A stretch of 64,000 nt of DNA from Trypanosoma brucei (Eukaryota): the NCBI GenBank assembly GCA_000002445.1, contig CP000067.1:608001-672000 (forward strand), written 5' to 3'. The notes beneath the pieces are model-generated. The model searched no databases and was not told the DNA's origin. It saw nothing but the letters and a program-made list of their open reading frames with translations. How positions within the stretch are numbered: position 1 is the stretch's first letter; each line of letters begins with the position of its first letter. The translations under genes and the position numbers were made by a program. Shown here one piece after another: positions 22,560 to 34,400 of this stretch.

Positions 22560-22640
22560 TATATCTCTCTTAACTCATCCTACTTCCTTCTTTTTTCCTT
22601 TCCTTCTTTTTTCCTTTCCTTTTCTTCTTGACGTAAGTTT
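22560..22640 (+). promoter_or_regulatory. Strong polypyrimidine tract followed by AG dinucleotides, upstream of the candidate small membrane-protein gene.
   Basis: The run tatatctctcttaactcatcctacttccttcttttttcctttccttcttttttcctttccttttcttcttgacgtaAG. Confidence 0.45.
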
Positions 22641-22694
22641 TCCCAATATTCGCATCAAGTAGGTAGTAAGTTCTACCTATAGTATTAAGAGATT

Positions 22695-23117
22695 ATGACT
22701 CTTGCGGATACGCTACACCCCGTCTTCGTATTTATTCTCATCGTTAATGCCGTTTCCTGTGCATTTCCATTACTTTCACACCGTCTTGTGTTTTACCCCA
22801 TCGTGTTTGTGGCTCTCGGCCTGCTCTACGTGACTCTGCTGGTCTTACTAATGGGTGCAACAGTTATGATGCGAAATCAATCCTTTAGTGACCATCGTGT
22901 GAAGGAAAATACTCTCATAATAATTAAGCGAGATGTGAACATGACAACATGGATGGTGATATCAACTGTAGTTATGGTTGCTTGGATGTACTGCTGGGCC
23001 CGTCGCGTGTGGTTAGTGTATATTCTTCCCATGGTGGAGGAGTACAATGCGTTCAAAAGTCGACGTTGGGCCGATGCATTAGACTTACGGGGTCGTATGA
23101 AGCCGACTGTTTCATGA
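22695..23117 (+). CDS. Candidate small multi-pass membrane protein (140 aa).
   Basis: The ATG at 22695 lies about 60 nt downstream of a strong polypyrimidine tract (22560-22640) with AG dinucleotides. The protein has 3-4 hydrophobic helices (VFVFILIVNAVSCAFPLL, IVFVALGLLYVTLLVLLMGA, WMVISTVVMVAWMYCW). No homology recognised. It sits at the end of a 2.6 kb ORF-free stretch. Confidence 0.4.
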   Translation: MTLADTLHPVFVFILIVNAVSCAFPLLSHRLVFYPIVFVALGLLYVTLLVLLMGATVMMRNQSFSDHRVKENTLIIIKRDVNMTTWMVISTVVMVAWMYCWARRVWLVYILPMVEEYNAFKSRRWADALDLRGRMKPTVS

Positions 23118-23623
23118 TTGCAACTACATTTCTCCATTTGTGGTGGCACGTTGGTTTGAAATTGCCGCGGCTTTTGTGCATGTGTGCATGTGTATGTGTT
23201 GTTTGCATCCATCGCGTCATTGTGACCGAATATACGAAAAGGGCACTGTAAATGAAGAGTGGGGAGTGGCATTAGTGGCGGGTGTCCACAGAAATTTGTT
23301 GTGCACCGCGCTTCTCTGGTTGAGCACTTCTCCGTGAAGTTTTGGAACTAATTTGCTTTCCTCATTTTCTTCCTCGTTGGTGTTTCGTTGTCAAATGTTT
23401 CTTTTATTTCATATACCATTTCTGCTTATTGATTTCGTTAAGTTCAACATTTCGCCGCAAAGACGACGTTAGGTTTTTTGGGGCGGCGAAACTCAGGGTG
23501 ATCATTGGAGGTGTGACGGTGCCAAAAAGTAACCTTATTTTTTTGTCAAGCGGAGACCCTCTAACTCAGGCGTACTGGACACGACATTCAGGTGTGGAAG
23601 TGCACTTAATAGAGTACGCGTTC

Positions 23624-23665
23624 ACACACACACACACACACGCATATATATATATATAATATACG
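23624..23665. repeat. (CA)9 followed by (TA)n microsatellite.
   Basis: The sequence cacacacacacacacaca...cgcatatatatatatataatatacg lies between the candidate small membrane-protein gene and the EEP gene. Confidence 0.9.
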
Positions 23666-23853
23666 TATTCAGTAAGTGATCAACAGCAACGCTGTGGTAC
23701 GCCACCCGCCGCTTCGGGTTCTCCGTGAGAGCACTGATACCCACAAGTAATAAAAGGGTTGACATATCAAACATCGTCGTCTCTTACGCTTTTGCCTCCA
23801 CTTCTTCGTTACCTTCCGCTTCTGGAAGCAGCAGATCGGTGAGCGTGGCGCGA

Positions 23854-25818
23854 ATGGCACGGCACCCCAACACGGCGATTGTGCTGCAACCCACCAATAG
23901 TGCCATTATCACTTTGGACTTATGTCTGCAACTCGGCGGCCCATCAGCACCGTTATGGCGGAAGAGCGTAGCAAGAGACGAGAATGAGGCAGCTGACAGA
24001 GCAATTGAGCGACTTAGGATTCTCATCGCGCAGTCCGCGGGGGACAAAAAGAGCAAAAAGACGTCACGCGAGGAGATTTTGAAGAATTGTCAGCCAATTG
24101 AAGTTCTTGGCGTGTCAAGCGAGGGGGAGCAGATCTTAAATGAAGAAAATGGCCTAACCAAGCTTGACACTTCTGTTTCCAATAAGGAATTCTGGAGGAA
24201 CGTCAGACAAATGTTGATTGGGTCAACTGTTGTGCCGGTTAAATACAACGTTCCCACCATTACTGCGGTAGTGCCACCCTCAGCGCTGTACGTGGGAGCC
24301 CCAGCAGTTTGCGCGGGCATCACAGCCCTCTTTACCACAGAGGTAGATGTTCAGTATGAATGGTGCGCACGCGCCGCTCCCAAGAGTCCTGCGGGCACGG
24401 GCGCTTCTTCTGATGCCACTGTGCGCGTAATCAGTACTAAACCCGTTTTTACTCCTACAACACGGGAGTTGGGTGAGTCGCTGTTTCTTCGCGTCCTACC
24501 GGAGCCGGGTTCAGATTTGTGCACACAAGTGGAGCTCCCTCAGGTTCGTGCCGAAGTGCCTCCAATGGATCGCTGGACTCAAACAAAGCAATCTGTGGAA
24601 GCACCGAGCTTTAGGATGGTTACGTACAACGTCTTGCACGAGGAGTTCTGTAGCACGAGTTCGGCAAAGAAAACCATTTATCCCTTCGCAACAGATGACA
24701 TTCTGTCGCTAGAGTACCGACAGAGCCGTATCGTGCAGGAACTTCTTGCATACAATGGTGATATTATCTGTTTGCAGGAATGCGGGAAAAAAGTGTACCA
24801 GCAATTTTTTTCCCGTGTTATGACTCAGTACGGCTATGAGGGATGCTATACAAACAAGAATGGTGGTGTAAGGGAGGGATGTGCATGTTTTTGGAGGCGC
24901 AGTAGATTCTTCCTGCAGGAAAAGGATGAATTTCCGCTCAACTGGTCAACGATGGAGAAGGAACATCCAGCTCTGGCAGCTGAGGTGACCCGTCATCCCG
25001 AGTTGAAGGAGGCGTTGGAGAATGTTACTTCGATTGGCGCCTTGGTATTACTGAAAGATAACGCGACAAACGAAGAGTTGGTGGTTGGGAACACGCATTT
25101 GTTCTATCATGCAAACGCCTGCCATATTCGGCTTCTACAGGTATACATGCTTCTTCACAAACTGAAGAGCCGCAGTGATTCGCGCAGGGGTGTTGTCTTA
25201 TGTGGGGACTTCAACTTTACCCACACAACGGGTGGCTACAAATTAGTGACTACGGGACGTACGGAGGCGTCACATCACTCGTGGGCGAAAGGGGAAGTGT
25301 TCCACTGGGGTTGTGACCGCATGTTAGGCATCAACGCCGCTGAGGGAGCGGGGGGGTCTGCGGAAGTTGAAACGGGTTTGGACGTGAGAAGGGGAAAGGG
25401 AGAATCTGCCACATGTGCTTCGAAAAACAATAAGAATGACACAAATAACAATAATGAGAGTAATGGCAATAGTGTAGATGCGAGCACATCATGTGCCGCA
25501 ACATCAGCTGATACTGGCGTTGCGTCAAGCGTAAAGGCTGATTACCGACCTCCATTTGATGTTTTCCGTGCGGACATGGAGGCACCAATGCAGTTCACAG
25601 ATGCGTATGGTGTAACGGATCCGGAAATGCCATGGACTAATTATACAATGACATTCCGTGAGGTTATTGACTACGTTTTCTTCAACCCAGACCGCCTGCT
25701 TGTCGTTCAGACAATTCCCATTCCACCAGAGAGTGAGCTGTCAGAAAATGTGGCTCTCCCGAACCGGAAGTACCCATCAGACCACGTTGCATTGATTGCC
25801 GATTTGTCGTACAAATAG
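23854..25818 (+). CDS. Endonuclease/exonuclease/phosphatase (EEP) family protein of the CCR4/nocturnin/PDE12 type, with an N-terminal extension and a low-complexity insert in the catalytic domain.
   Basis: The ORF track starts at a GTG (23725); the first ATG is at 23854. The EEP domain begins at SFRMVTYNVLHEE, includes GDIICLQEC and NTHLFYH, and ends with the C-terminal motif SDHVALIADL. An Asn/Ser/Gly-rich insert lies around 25330-25560. Confidence 0.8.
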   Translation: MARHPNTAIVLQPTNSAIITLDLCLQLGGPSAPLWRKSVARDENEAADRAIERLRILIAQSAGDKKSKKTSREEILKNCQPIEVLGVSSEGEQILNEENGLTKLDTSVSNKEFWRNVRQMLIGSTVVPVKYNVPTITAVVPPSALYVGAPAVCAGITALFTTEVDVQYEWCARAAPKSPAGTGASSDATVRVISTKPVFTPTTRELGESLFLRVLPEPGSDLCTQVELPQVRAEVPPMDRWTQTKQSVEAPSFRMVTYNVLHEEFCSTSSAKKTIYPFATDDILSLEYRQSRIVQELLAYNGDIICLQECGKKVYQQFFSRVMTQYGYEGCYTNKNGGVREGCACFWRRSRFFLQEKDEFPLNWSTMEKEHPALAAEVTRHPELKEALENVTSIGALVLLKDNATNEELVVGNTHLFYHANACHIRLLQVYMLLHKLKSRSDSRRGVVLCGDFNFTHTTGGYKLVTTGRTEASHHSWAKGEVFHWGCDRMLGINAAEGAGGSAEVETGLDVRRGKGESATCASKNNKNDTNNNNESNGNSVDASTSCAATSADTGVASSVKADYRPPFDVFRADMEAPMQFTDAYGVTDPEMPWTNYTMTFREVIDYVFFNPDRLLVVQTIPIPPESELSENVALPNRKYPSDHVALIADLSYK

Positions 25819-26810
25819 CTTCGGTTTGCAACTGCCGACATCCACGCGATATGGCGGAGCACGGGCATTCGAGGATGGAATAATGTGTGAGATGCGGCGT
25901 ATAAACATGATTTTCCGTTGAGATTTGTGCCTTGACGCTGAAGCGGAGTGTGGAAATGGTGTGGCCGCGGTATTTTGTCTGCCATGACAGCGTTAATGGT
26001 AATATGTCCCCTAGTTGGGCATTATTTGTGGCTATTGGAAAGTTTGTTGATGATTGGAGGCGACGAGCTAATGGGTTTTATTTCTTCACGGAACTGATAG
26101 TACCGCTGGAGATGGTCACGGGATTTATTGAGGGGTACAGTTGTGACAAGGACGGGAATCTAACCCTTTCTCTTTCTAAAAGAAACATATTGGAACACCG
26201 GCGGATGCCAAACACCTGCCGGTCACTTTCGTGATGGGTAACAAGCAGTTTGTACGTAGCTATCATCTACCTGTGAAATGAACAACCGTTATGTTGAAGT
26301 CACTTTGATTTTACAATCTGTTGCGCACTCAGAGAAAAGAGGGTAAGTGGCAGTACCCTTCTAAATTGTGGCGGTCTCCTCTTGGCTCGAGGTACACTTA
26401 ACGTATCAACTTAGCGGGATATGTATTTCTCACACAGTAAGTGTATTTTTACGGTTAGACGTGCCTTTATTTTCAGCCAATGTGCTGTCCAACGTTCCGT
26501 CTTGAGTGGCGGAGGTTGGGACTGGTGGTTGGTAGGGATTCATAACCCCGTCGTGCGTCGTGTGAGTAATCATGATTCTTTTTTGTTGTTGTTGTTTTTG
26601 CCGGGTGTCGATGCAAGGAGGAACAAGGTGTCCTCACGTACTTTCTTTTTTTAAAAAAAAAAAATCTTGTCAACGACCCTCCTCTTTTATATGTTTCTTT
26701 TTTTTGGGGGGGGGGGAAGTGCCCGAGGGCCCCGACAAGTTAACGGGGAAAAGGAAAAAAAGTGAAAGGGTGGGAAAGGGCAGAAGGAGGCGGAAGGAAC
26801 ATTCGCCACC

Positions 26811-27965
26811 ATGTTTTCACAAACGCGCTGTTCCGCATGCATCGGGAAAGAGCTGTACAGCAGGGCGTCGACACTTCCACGCGACTTTTACGAAGCGTGC
26901 GCGAAGCACTTCGGCATTAAGATGCATCAAGAGACATTTATTGGTGTGCGGTCCTCACAGATCCGAGGGTTGTTTCTAAGCCCCAGCATTAATAAACCGC
27001 TAGAGGCAAACAAACCCATTGCAACCATTCCTCTTAGTAGTCTATACACAGTGACGAATATCCACACTAAACCAGACACACTGCACCATGTGACACTAAG
27101 CAATGTTCGTGACGCAATACGTGATGTTGAATTCAAAGCGATGACGTCACAGTTCTACCTTGGTCTGCAAATGAGTGCAATTATAAGCTCACTTCCAGAC
27201 ATAACACGAGCTCAGAATGCGGAAGAGATGGAGCGCATCACGCAGATTCTTCGCGGGGGTGCCATGCCTTGGGTGCGATTAATTGATGATGAAGATTTCA
27301 ATGAGCAGTTCGTCTTCGGCATGTACGGTATGGCGCTAGACAGCTGGCAGCGGCAGAGCTACGAGGAAATGACTAAAGTGTTCCATCGCAACATTACCTC
27401 CATCCACGAAAAGACAAACCCACCCTTCTCCGTTGATACATTTAGGCGCATCACCCGACTGATACTTGCGCGGGCAGAACACTTTCCACCACTGGAATAT
27501 TACAACGGTTCCGTGTTGTGGCGTCGTGTCCTCCGTTTCGTGCGGCGCTGGTCCAAAATTCCAGAACCTTCAGAACTGTGCCTCGTGCCACTATTGGATC
27601 TGGTAAATCATTCCAATCGGCCAAATTGTGCCATCCGTATTGGGCCCAGTGCTGCCATGGATGGCCGTCCCGCCATCACGATTTACTCCATTGCACGCAT
27701 TAACCCCGGACAGGAGATTTGCAGACACTACAACTTCGCTATCAACAGGCCTAACGCACTTTTTCGTTATGGGTTCCTTCCTTTTGATCTTATTTCTATT
27801 GTGGAACATGACGCCATTGATGAGTATTTGGTGAAGAATCAGCATATGTTACGCGAAGAAACTGAGGAGGCCCAAATCAAACGTGCGAAGGAACGGGCGG
27901 AGCTCCAGCGGCTCGAGCAAATCTTTCAAAAAGCCCGCTCAGGGAGTGTGCCAGCGGATTCGTAA
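26811..27965 (+). CDS. SET-domain protein-lysine methyltransferase (split SET, SETD6/Rubisco-LSMT-like).
   Basis: An N-SET region near GVRSSQIRGLF, a long inserted (iSET) region, then LVPLLDLVNHSNRPNCAIRI and GQEICRHYNF (the NHS and post-SET-like motifs). Confidence 0.8.
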   Translation: MFSQTRCSACIGKELYSRASTLPRDFYEACAKHFGIKMHQETFIGVRSSQIRGLFLSPSINKPLEANKPIATIPLSSLYTVTNIHTKPDTLHHVTLSNVRDAIRDVEFKAMTSQFYLGLQMSAIISSLPDITRAQNAEEMERITQILRGGAMPWVRLIDDEDFNEQFVFGMYGMALDSWQRQSYEEMTKVFHRNITSIHEKTNPPFSVDTFRRITRLILARAEHFPPLEYYNGSVLWRRVLRFVRRWSKIPEPSELCLVPLLDLVNHSNRPNCAIRIGPSAAMDGRPAITIYSIARINPGQEICRHYNFAINRPNALFRYGFLPFDLISIVEHDAIDEYLVKNQHMLREETEEAQIKRAKERAELQRLEQIFQKARSGSVPADS

Positions 27966-28839
27966 GTGTGTGCACGTGTCAAAATATTTTAAAAAAAGAA
28001 TTCAGGGGGTGCCACCGCGTCTATGATTATGTTTGATGTTGTTATTGTTGGCTGAACTTGTATTTGTGTATTGTATTCTGTGGTAGTTCTCCATATGATG
28101 GCTTAGCGCGCATTTATTTGCCGTGCTTTCGGTCACCGAAGGCGTAAACTTTGGATACCGCTGTGAGTTGTTTTTGGTGTTGTGTTACCTTATGGAATGT
28201 TGTTGAAACGGCACACTTCTTGCATTTATCGTTCGTTCAGGTAATTGCTTGCACGCAAGTAACAGTAACGTCATTGGTGTTTGTGTTGAGGGATTTTGGC
28301 GGCTCAAAGATGTGGAGTATCGTCAATTCACAACGGTTGCATGGGTTTTTCTGGTAACCTCCGCGTTTGCCTCCCGTGTGATTCGATCTTTTTTTCTCCA
28401 CAATGCTTTTGCCATTGCAACACAAAGCTGCCGCATGCGTCCGTTAGCAGCGTATACAAATTTCCCCTCTATGATGTGAGTCTTTTTCTTTTTTTCTTAA
28501 AAAATAAAAGTTCGTTGTCCCCCTCTTTTGCTTACCCGACACACTGTTAGAGAGACATGGAATTATGTGCTTCTGCTTTTCTCTCCTACCAACTATGAGG
28601 CTGTTAAGTTTTTGATCAACTTTTTTGCCAGTGAACTAACGTCGCGCGAGTTTAAACAGGTGTAATAAAAAGAAAAAAAGGACAAAATAAAAAAAAGGTT
28701 AAAGTCAACCTCTCACACAAGGAAAATACACGCTGAAGGACAGAGGAGGAAACAACGTTAACATATAACAACGACACCAACAATAACATCAAAGAAGGAA
28801 AGAAGAGCAGCAAATAATTTATTTTTGGCGCACTCACAC

Positions 28840-30081
28840 ATGACGATGAAGCGCCCTTCTTTTCTTCTTGTGAGCCTTTTGTTTTTGGCAATTGGCAGCA
28901 CTGTCATAGAAGCCTTCCCCTTCACAGCCTCCTCTGGTGTTGTGGAGCTAACCCCTGCGACTTTCAACAGCTTCCTCGGCTCTCACAAACCCGTTTTTAT
29001 CCTTTTCTACGCACCGTGGTGTGGGCACTGCAAGCGCCTTCACCCGGAGTGGGAAAAGTTTGCCAAATCTGTCGAGGGAATTGTTCGTGTGGGTGCTGTG
29101 AATGCCGATGAGCACCAGCAACTTGGCCAACAATTCAACCTGCGCGGTTTCCCTACGGTTAAGTTTTGGGGTTTGGGAGAAAAGCGTGCCAATGCAGCTA
29201 TGGACTACGCCGGTGAGCGCAGCGCGGGAGCCATTCAATCGCAAGCCATCAGTCTCATCAATGCACCAGGAATCAAGACGGTGAAAAAAGCTGAGGAGCT
29301 ACGCGAGGCGGCTCAGGCGGCACCAGAGAAGAAGGCTGTTGTACTATTCAGTGCTAAAAGCCGCGTGCCGCCAATTTATGCCGTTCTTTCGCTCTCACCC
29401 CGACTCAAGTCGATGCCGTTTTACTTTGCAGGGGAGCAAGAAAAGTCTGGATTCGCTTCAGAATTTGGCGTAAGTAAACTTCCAGCCATTGTTGTCCTCA
29501 ACACCACCGCTGGCGAAGTGAAGCCGGTGATATACCCGGGGAAGAAAGTTGCTTATGAGCCCATTGCAAAGTTTTTACTGGCCTGTGCAAACGATGCTTA
29601 CGATGAGGCTAACTTCTCCTTGGAGGGTGGTGAGAGTGAGCAAGCTACAAAGAAGGGTGCTGCAAAGTTGGCGCTGCCAGTCCGGCCGCTCCCCGCGTCA
29701 GCTCATGGTCTCGAGAATTTTTGCTCCCCTGACGCACGGAAGAAGGCTGAGCGAACGCCACTGTGTGTGATTTCACTCACTTCTGAGTTTTCGCTTAACG
29801 ACGTGCATAAAACCTTCAGCAATGAGCCACTTGTTTTCTTCGAGGCTGGGGATGCTCGTGATATCCTTCTTGGGGCCCTTCGGGGAAAGCTGGGACTAGA
29901 GAAGATTGCAGACAAACTGAAGGACGACAAGGAACACAACGCACTTCTGCTTCGCGCCTCCAAGCAGGGCACCGTACACTACAGACTCGTTGGAGGCGTA
30001 AACACAGCTGAAACTCTCAGCTCAGTCTTACAAATGGTTGTATCAGGCGAGATATCCCTCACGAAGGAGCAGCCGAAGTAA
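28840..30081 (+). CDS. Secreted or ER protein-disulfide-isomerase-like protein with one active thioredoxin domain.
   Basis: The ORF track starts at a TTG (28825); the first ATG is at 28840. There is a signal-peptide-like N-terminus (MTMKRPSFLLVSLLFLAIGSTVIEA), a thioredoxin fold with the active site APWCGHCK, and downstream thioredoxin-like b domains. I see no obvious KDEL-type C-terminus (it ends KEQPK). Confidence 0.82.
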   Translation: MTMKRPSFLLVSLLFLAIGSTVIEAFPFTASSGVVELTPATFNSFLGSHKPVFILFYAPWCGHCKRLHPEWEKFAKSVEGIVRVGAVNADEHQQLGQQFNLRGFPTVKFWGLGEKRANAAMDYAGERSAGAIQSQAISLINAPGIKTVKKAEELREAAQAAPEKKAVVLFSAKSRVPPIYAVLSLSPRLKSMPFYFAGEQEKSGFASEFGVSKLPAIVVLNTTAGEVKPVIYPGKKVAYEPIAKFLLACANDAYDEANFSLEGGESEQATKKGAAKLALPVRPLPASAHGLENFCSPDARKKAERTPLCVISLTSEFSLNDVHKTFSNEPLVFFEAGDARDILLGALRGKLGLEKIADKLKDDKEHNALLLRASKQGTVHYRLVGGVNTAETLSSVLQMVVSGEISLTKEQPK

Positions 30082-31438
30082 CTTGTTGGAATGGAATGCA
30101 TCGTAACGGTGCCACCGGATTTGAGTGACGGTGCCAGTTGCTGCAAACTTTGGAACAGGTGCGGTTGTGGTGTATCTTCTTGTGCGCTAGACTGTCCATG
30201 ATGGGCGCAAGAGAAATCGAACAGGGGACAGCCGTGGGGAACAATAAATCAAGACGAAAAAAAAGGAACCGAGTCGAAAGCGTTGAACCTGCAACGATTA
30301 CTTCTTGGGAGTAAACGAAGCATGCGGTTTAAAAAAAAAAAGAAACAAGAGTATGATGGGACGAGTGGAGAAAGGTCTTAACCATGTTTTCCACACACAC
30401 ACACACTTTCCATGCTCTCTGTTCTCGCTTCTTTCTTTGATATTTCCATTTGCGGCTTTTTGCTGTTCAGCCCCTCGTGTGTGCATCAGCTCCTGTCGCT
30501 CAGTAAAGTGTATGTTTGCCAACGGAAGGGAAGTTCACCGAATGAAAGTGCCGATGGAACCGGTTTCCGACAGCGTGACGGGTGTTACCTTGATGATAAA
30601 GAAGAGAAGTAAAGGAGAAGAGATGCACAGAAACCGAAAGAAAAAAACGAAGATATGTTAGGTACACCTCTGTCAATGATATTATTATTATTACTCCTAT
30701 TATTGTCTTATTTTATTACTGTCTCTATTTTCTGTTTCACAAAGTGCACAACCGGCTACAGTACTCCATAACCGGGCCGGAACTGTCGTGTGCTCAACAA
30801 CTTACCACTCTGGCTCTCCCATAAATTTTCACTTTCCTTATACCCGAGTTTCCAATCACTCACGTGTCAATGTATATCCTTCTCTTTTTTTCTTCTGTTT
30901 TACTTTACTAACATTTTTTTTTTGATTTAGCTTCTCACCGTCCCTCTCACGTCCTCCTCCTGCGGGAGAAATTCTCATTCGCCTCCTTATACTCTTCGTT
31001 CGGGTTTATTACCAGTTCGAATTACGAAGTGTCGGAAGGCGGATCTTGGAACTGCGTAAGGGACGAAAGAAGAAAGAGAGGACCCTCCAAAATTGGCGCA
31101 CAACCTTTGAAGAGATCGCTGCGTACAGTCATACCATTGTGTCATTTTGTTGTTGCTATTATTGTCCCGCAAATTTGGCTCCTTTGCTTTGTTGGTAAAC
31201 TTCCCTTACGCGGGTGGGTGCTATATAATACACCGAAGAGATCGCCAACTTAGGAAGAAAAGAAGAAAGGAAGAGGTAAAGAGATAGCGAGAGAAAGGGG
31301 GAGTAGTTGGAGAGAGTTCCGTGCTGTAAGAACGACGATAGAAGAATAACGTTTTGTTTTTCCCCCTCCTTTATAAACACGGTTTACACGCAAACAAATA
31401 AGAAAAAGAGGGAGGAGGAAGCTGAAAGAGTGGAAGGT

Positions 31439-34400
31439 ATGGGTGCTTGCATAGCCGCACTAAGAGGGAAGGTCGCGGGTAAAACAAATGATTCACACGG
31501 GATTAGCGACCAGTCGCTGCCGACCGCGGAGAGTACAGATGATAGTGTCAACAACCGTAATGGAAAGTTCAATAAATGCATCCGTGGAGAAGAGAGCATT
31601 TCCTCGGGGGATATGCACGGCAAAGAGGGCAGCGACTTAAGTAAGTCGCTAACGAGTTTATGGGGGGTTCTCTCCAAAACAGAATTTGCTGACTTCTTTC
31701 GAGCACATCCCGAATTGTTGAAGTCCAATTCAGCTGCCGTCATGTGCACTGGCGCGTTTCGTCCCGGAGAACTTGTCGGGGCTTATTGCGTAGTGAAGGA
31801 ACTTCCAGGGGGAACGGTGGGTCGAAGTTTTTTGGTTAAAGCTGTGGACGACAGTGGCCCACCGACGCCCACCGTCACGACACCTGAGGTTGAAGATTCT
31901 GGTAAACGGGAGTTTGTGTTTAAGGTGATGACATTTATTAACCGTAAGAACTTGGTGGAACCGGTATTAGACGATAAGAGGGCTCTTATGAACCTGACAG
32001 GTGACGGTTTACTTCGCCCAGTCCATTTGCTACTCGACGAAGGGAATGAAACAGTGATATCTGTTACCCCTTTTTTGAAGGAAGGTTCGTGCGCTCGTCT
32101 TGCCGGAAAGCTTGAAGAGGATCGGTTACTGTCTATACTGCGTGATGTTGCAAGTGCTCTCCGTCTTCTTCATTCGCACAATATATACCACTGTAACCTG
32201 AAGTTGGAAAACGTTCTTTTGAGGGAGGATGGGAAAGCCTGCCTTGCCGACGCAGCGTTGTGGCGTATCTTCTCTACACAGAGCCGTGATTGCCTTCTCT
32301 TTAATGGTGAACTCGCGTGCATGCCTCCCGAGATGTTCATGATTGATGAAGCTGACAACCAGTCGAAGGACGCGAGCAAAGTAGACATTTGGGGGTTTGG
32401 GCTGTTCATGTACCGTCTGGCGTACGGGCGGGAGCCGTTTGACATTGAAGGAAAGGCACTTGAACAAGTCTGTGAACTAGTTTCTGTTGATAGGCTCCAG
32501 TTTCCTCAACGCAACTGGAGCATCGCGAGTTCGCTTGAGGATGCCATCCGTGTTTGTCTTGACGATGATCCGGAACGTCGACCAACAGTTCCGGGGTTGT
32601 TTAGCTTCTCATTGTTTCGGAACCACAATTTTAATTCTGTTGTGGCTGGAGGAAGTGTCGGGTTACCGGGATTCAGGGCGTCGCATAATGATACTGGACC
32701 AAGTGGTGGGCGCTCTGGCTCGGATAACTACATTAGGTGGGCATACCCAAGGTATCATTGGCGGAAGAACGTGTCACTCGACGAAATGCTCGGGTCTGGA
32801 GGCATCTGTGAAACATATCGGGTGCACCTGCGGCGGCATCCATCTAAGCAGTTCGTGATGAAGGTGCTAAAACGGTCAGTACTGAAGGCTGCCTCACAAT
32901 ACAGAATCAGCACAGACGATCTGCGTCACGCACTAGCTGTTTCGCGACTTATTAACCATCCTAACGTATTAAACCTGCTGGAGATTGTGGACTCGAGGGA
33001 CGGGTGCTTTGCTTCGCAGCAGTTGGCTAAAAGCAGGTTTCTTTACGCGGAGTTTCCCCCGTTGCTGAATCACAAAAACCCTCTCTTCACACTGAAACAG
33101 ATGCTCGCCGATGTCCTCCAGGGGCTTTTCGTGCTTCACCTAAATGGTGTGCCGCATCTCCGTCTGACACCATCAAACATTTTTTATGAGCTGGGCGTTG
33201 GTTTTAGGGTTTCGGACTTTGGTCCTTTGTTCCTTGCACGGGAGGAAATTGTCGAAAGTATGGAAACAGACCAACCACTGTATAGTGTACCACAGTGGGT
33301 GGTTGACGATTTAAAGGTGCCGATCCACATGTCGAGATTCAGTCTTGACGTTTTCTGTGTTGGTTTACTGGCCGCTTCAGCACTCCCTTCAGTTCTGCAT
33401 GAAGACTGGTACCGATTTTCTAATTCAGAGGGGTGTATTCTTGATGTGAAGGGGGTTTGTGAGAAGGTAAAGAATGCCTCCCTTTATCTTAAGCCGATGC
33501 TCGTGGACTTTATCCTCCAAGCGCTAACTAACCCCGCAACAACTGTGAGGGACTTGATGAATCATTCATATTTGAGCGACGCGATCGACGTCAGCAGGCT
33601 CGACGAGATGAAACCGCTGAACATATCGCCTGCTGATATGGAGATGGCCGTGTCAGAGAGGTTTACCACCACTGACGAATCTGGACTATGGAATGTTCTC
33701 GGTCACGACCCAGCGGCAGGGAATGGCCACTTGTGGTGCTCAATGTTCCGCAACGAAGCACTGCCCGACGGCTGCATACGGTCTGGCATTCAATCTGTTA
33801 ATGAAGTTGCGGCTGCAAGGCGGGTTCCTTTTGTTAAGAAACTCGTTTGCGGGCTGTGCCGGTGTGAATTACCCATAGTTTTATTTCTATGCGATAAGTG
33901 TGACGATTACATACGCTGCGCCAAGTGTTCGTTAGTGGATACACACGCCGACGACCACAAACTCAGCCCACACCTTGTCCACACCGTCGGGCAGGATGGG
34001 GTTGATGGCAACTTTTTTGCTTTATTGGTGCCAACATGCAATATATGTGTCGCGCAGTCACTGGAAGCCCTAGAAATGCAGGCCAACCTGCCACACGGAA
34101 CGCTGACGAAAGATATCACCACCCAATCAGTTACTGCGGAGCGAGCCCTACGGCGGCTAACACTTGCGAAGTTGAATCCAGGCCCCAAGGTACTTCCCAA
34201 AGTCTCGGATACTGAAGGTGAGACTTGGGAGGAGGAAGTTGCAAGCTGCCGCGAGACTCGAAACACTGAGCTGTTGTTGCATCAATTTGAACTGAACACT
34301 GTACCGAAGGAGCTGTTTGACCCGCCGCTGCTTCACGTGGCGAGTATTGACCTTAGTTACAACAAGTTAACCAGCCTTCCCGACGATCTGGCCCTTCTTT

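Noticed and set aside
31005-31030. A tRNA T-arm-like string (cagttcgaattacg).
   Set aside because: The flanking sequence cannot be folded into acceptor, D and anticodon arms. No other tRNA-like elements were found in the window.
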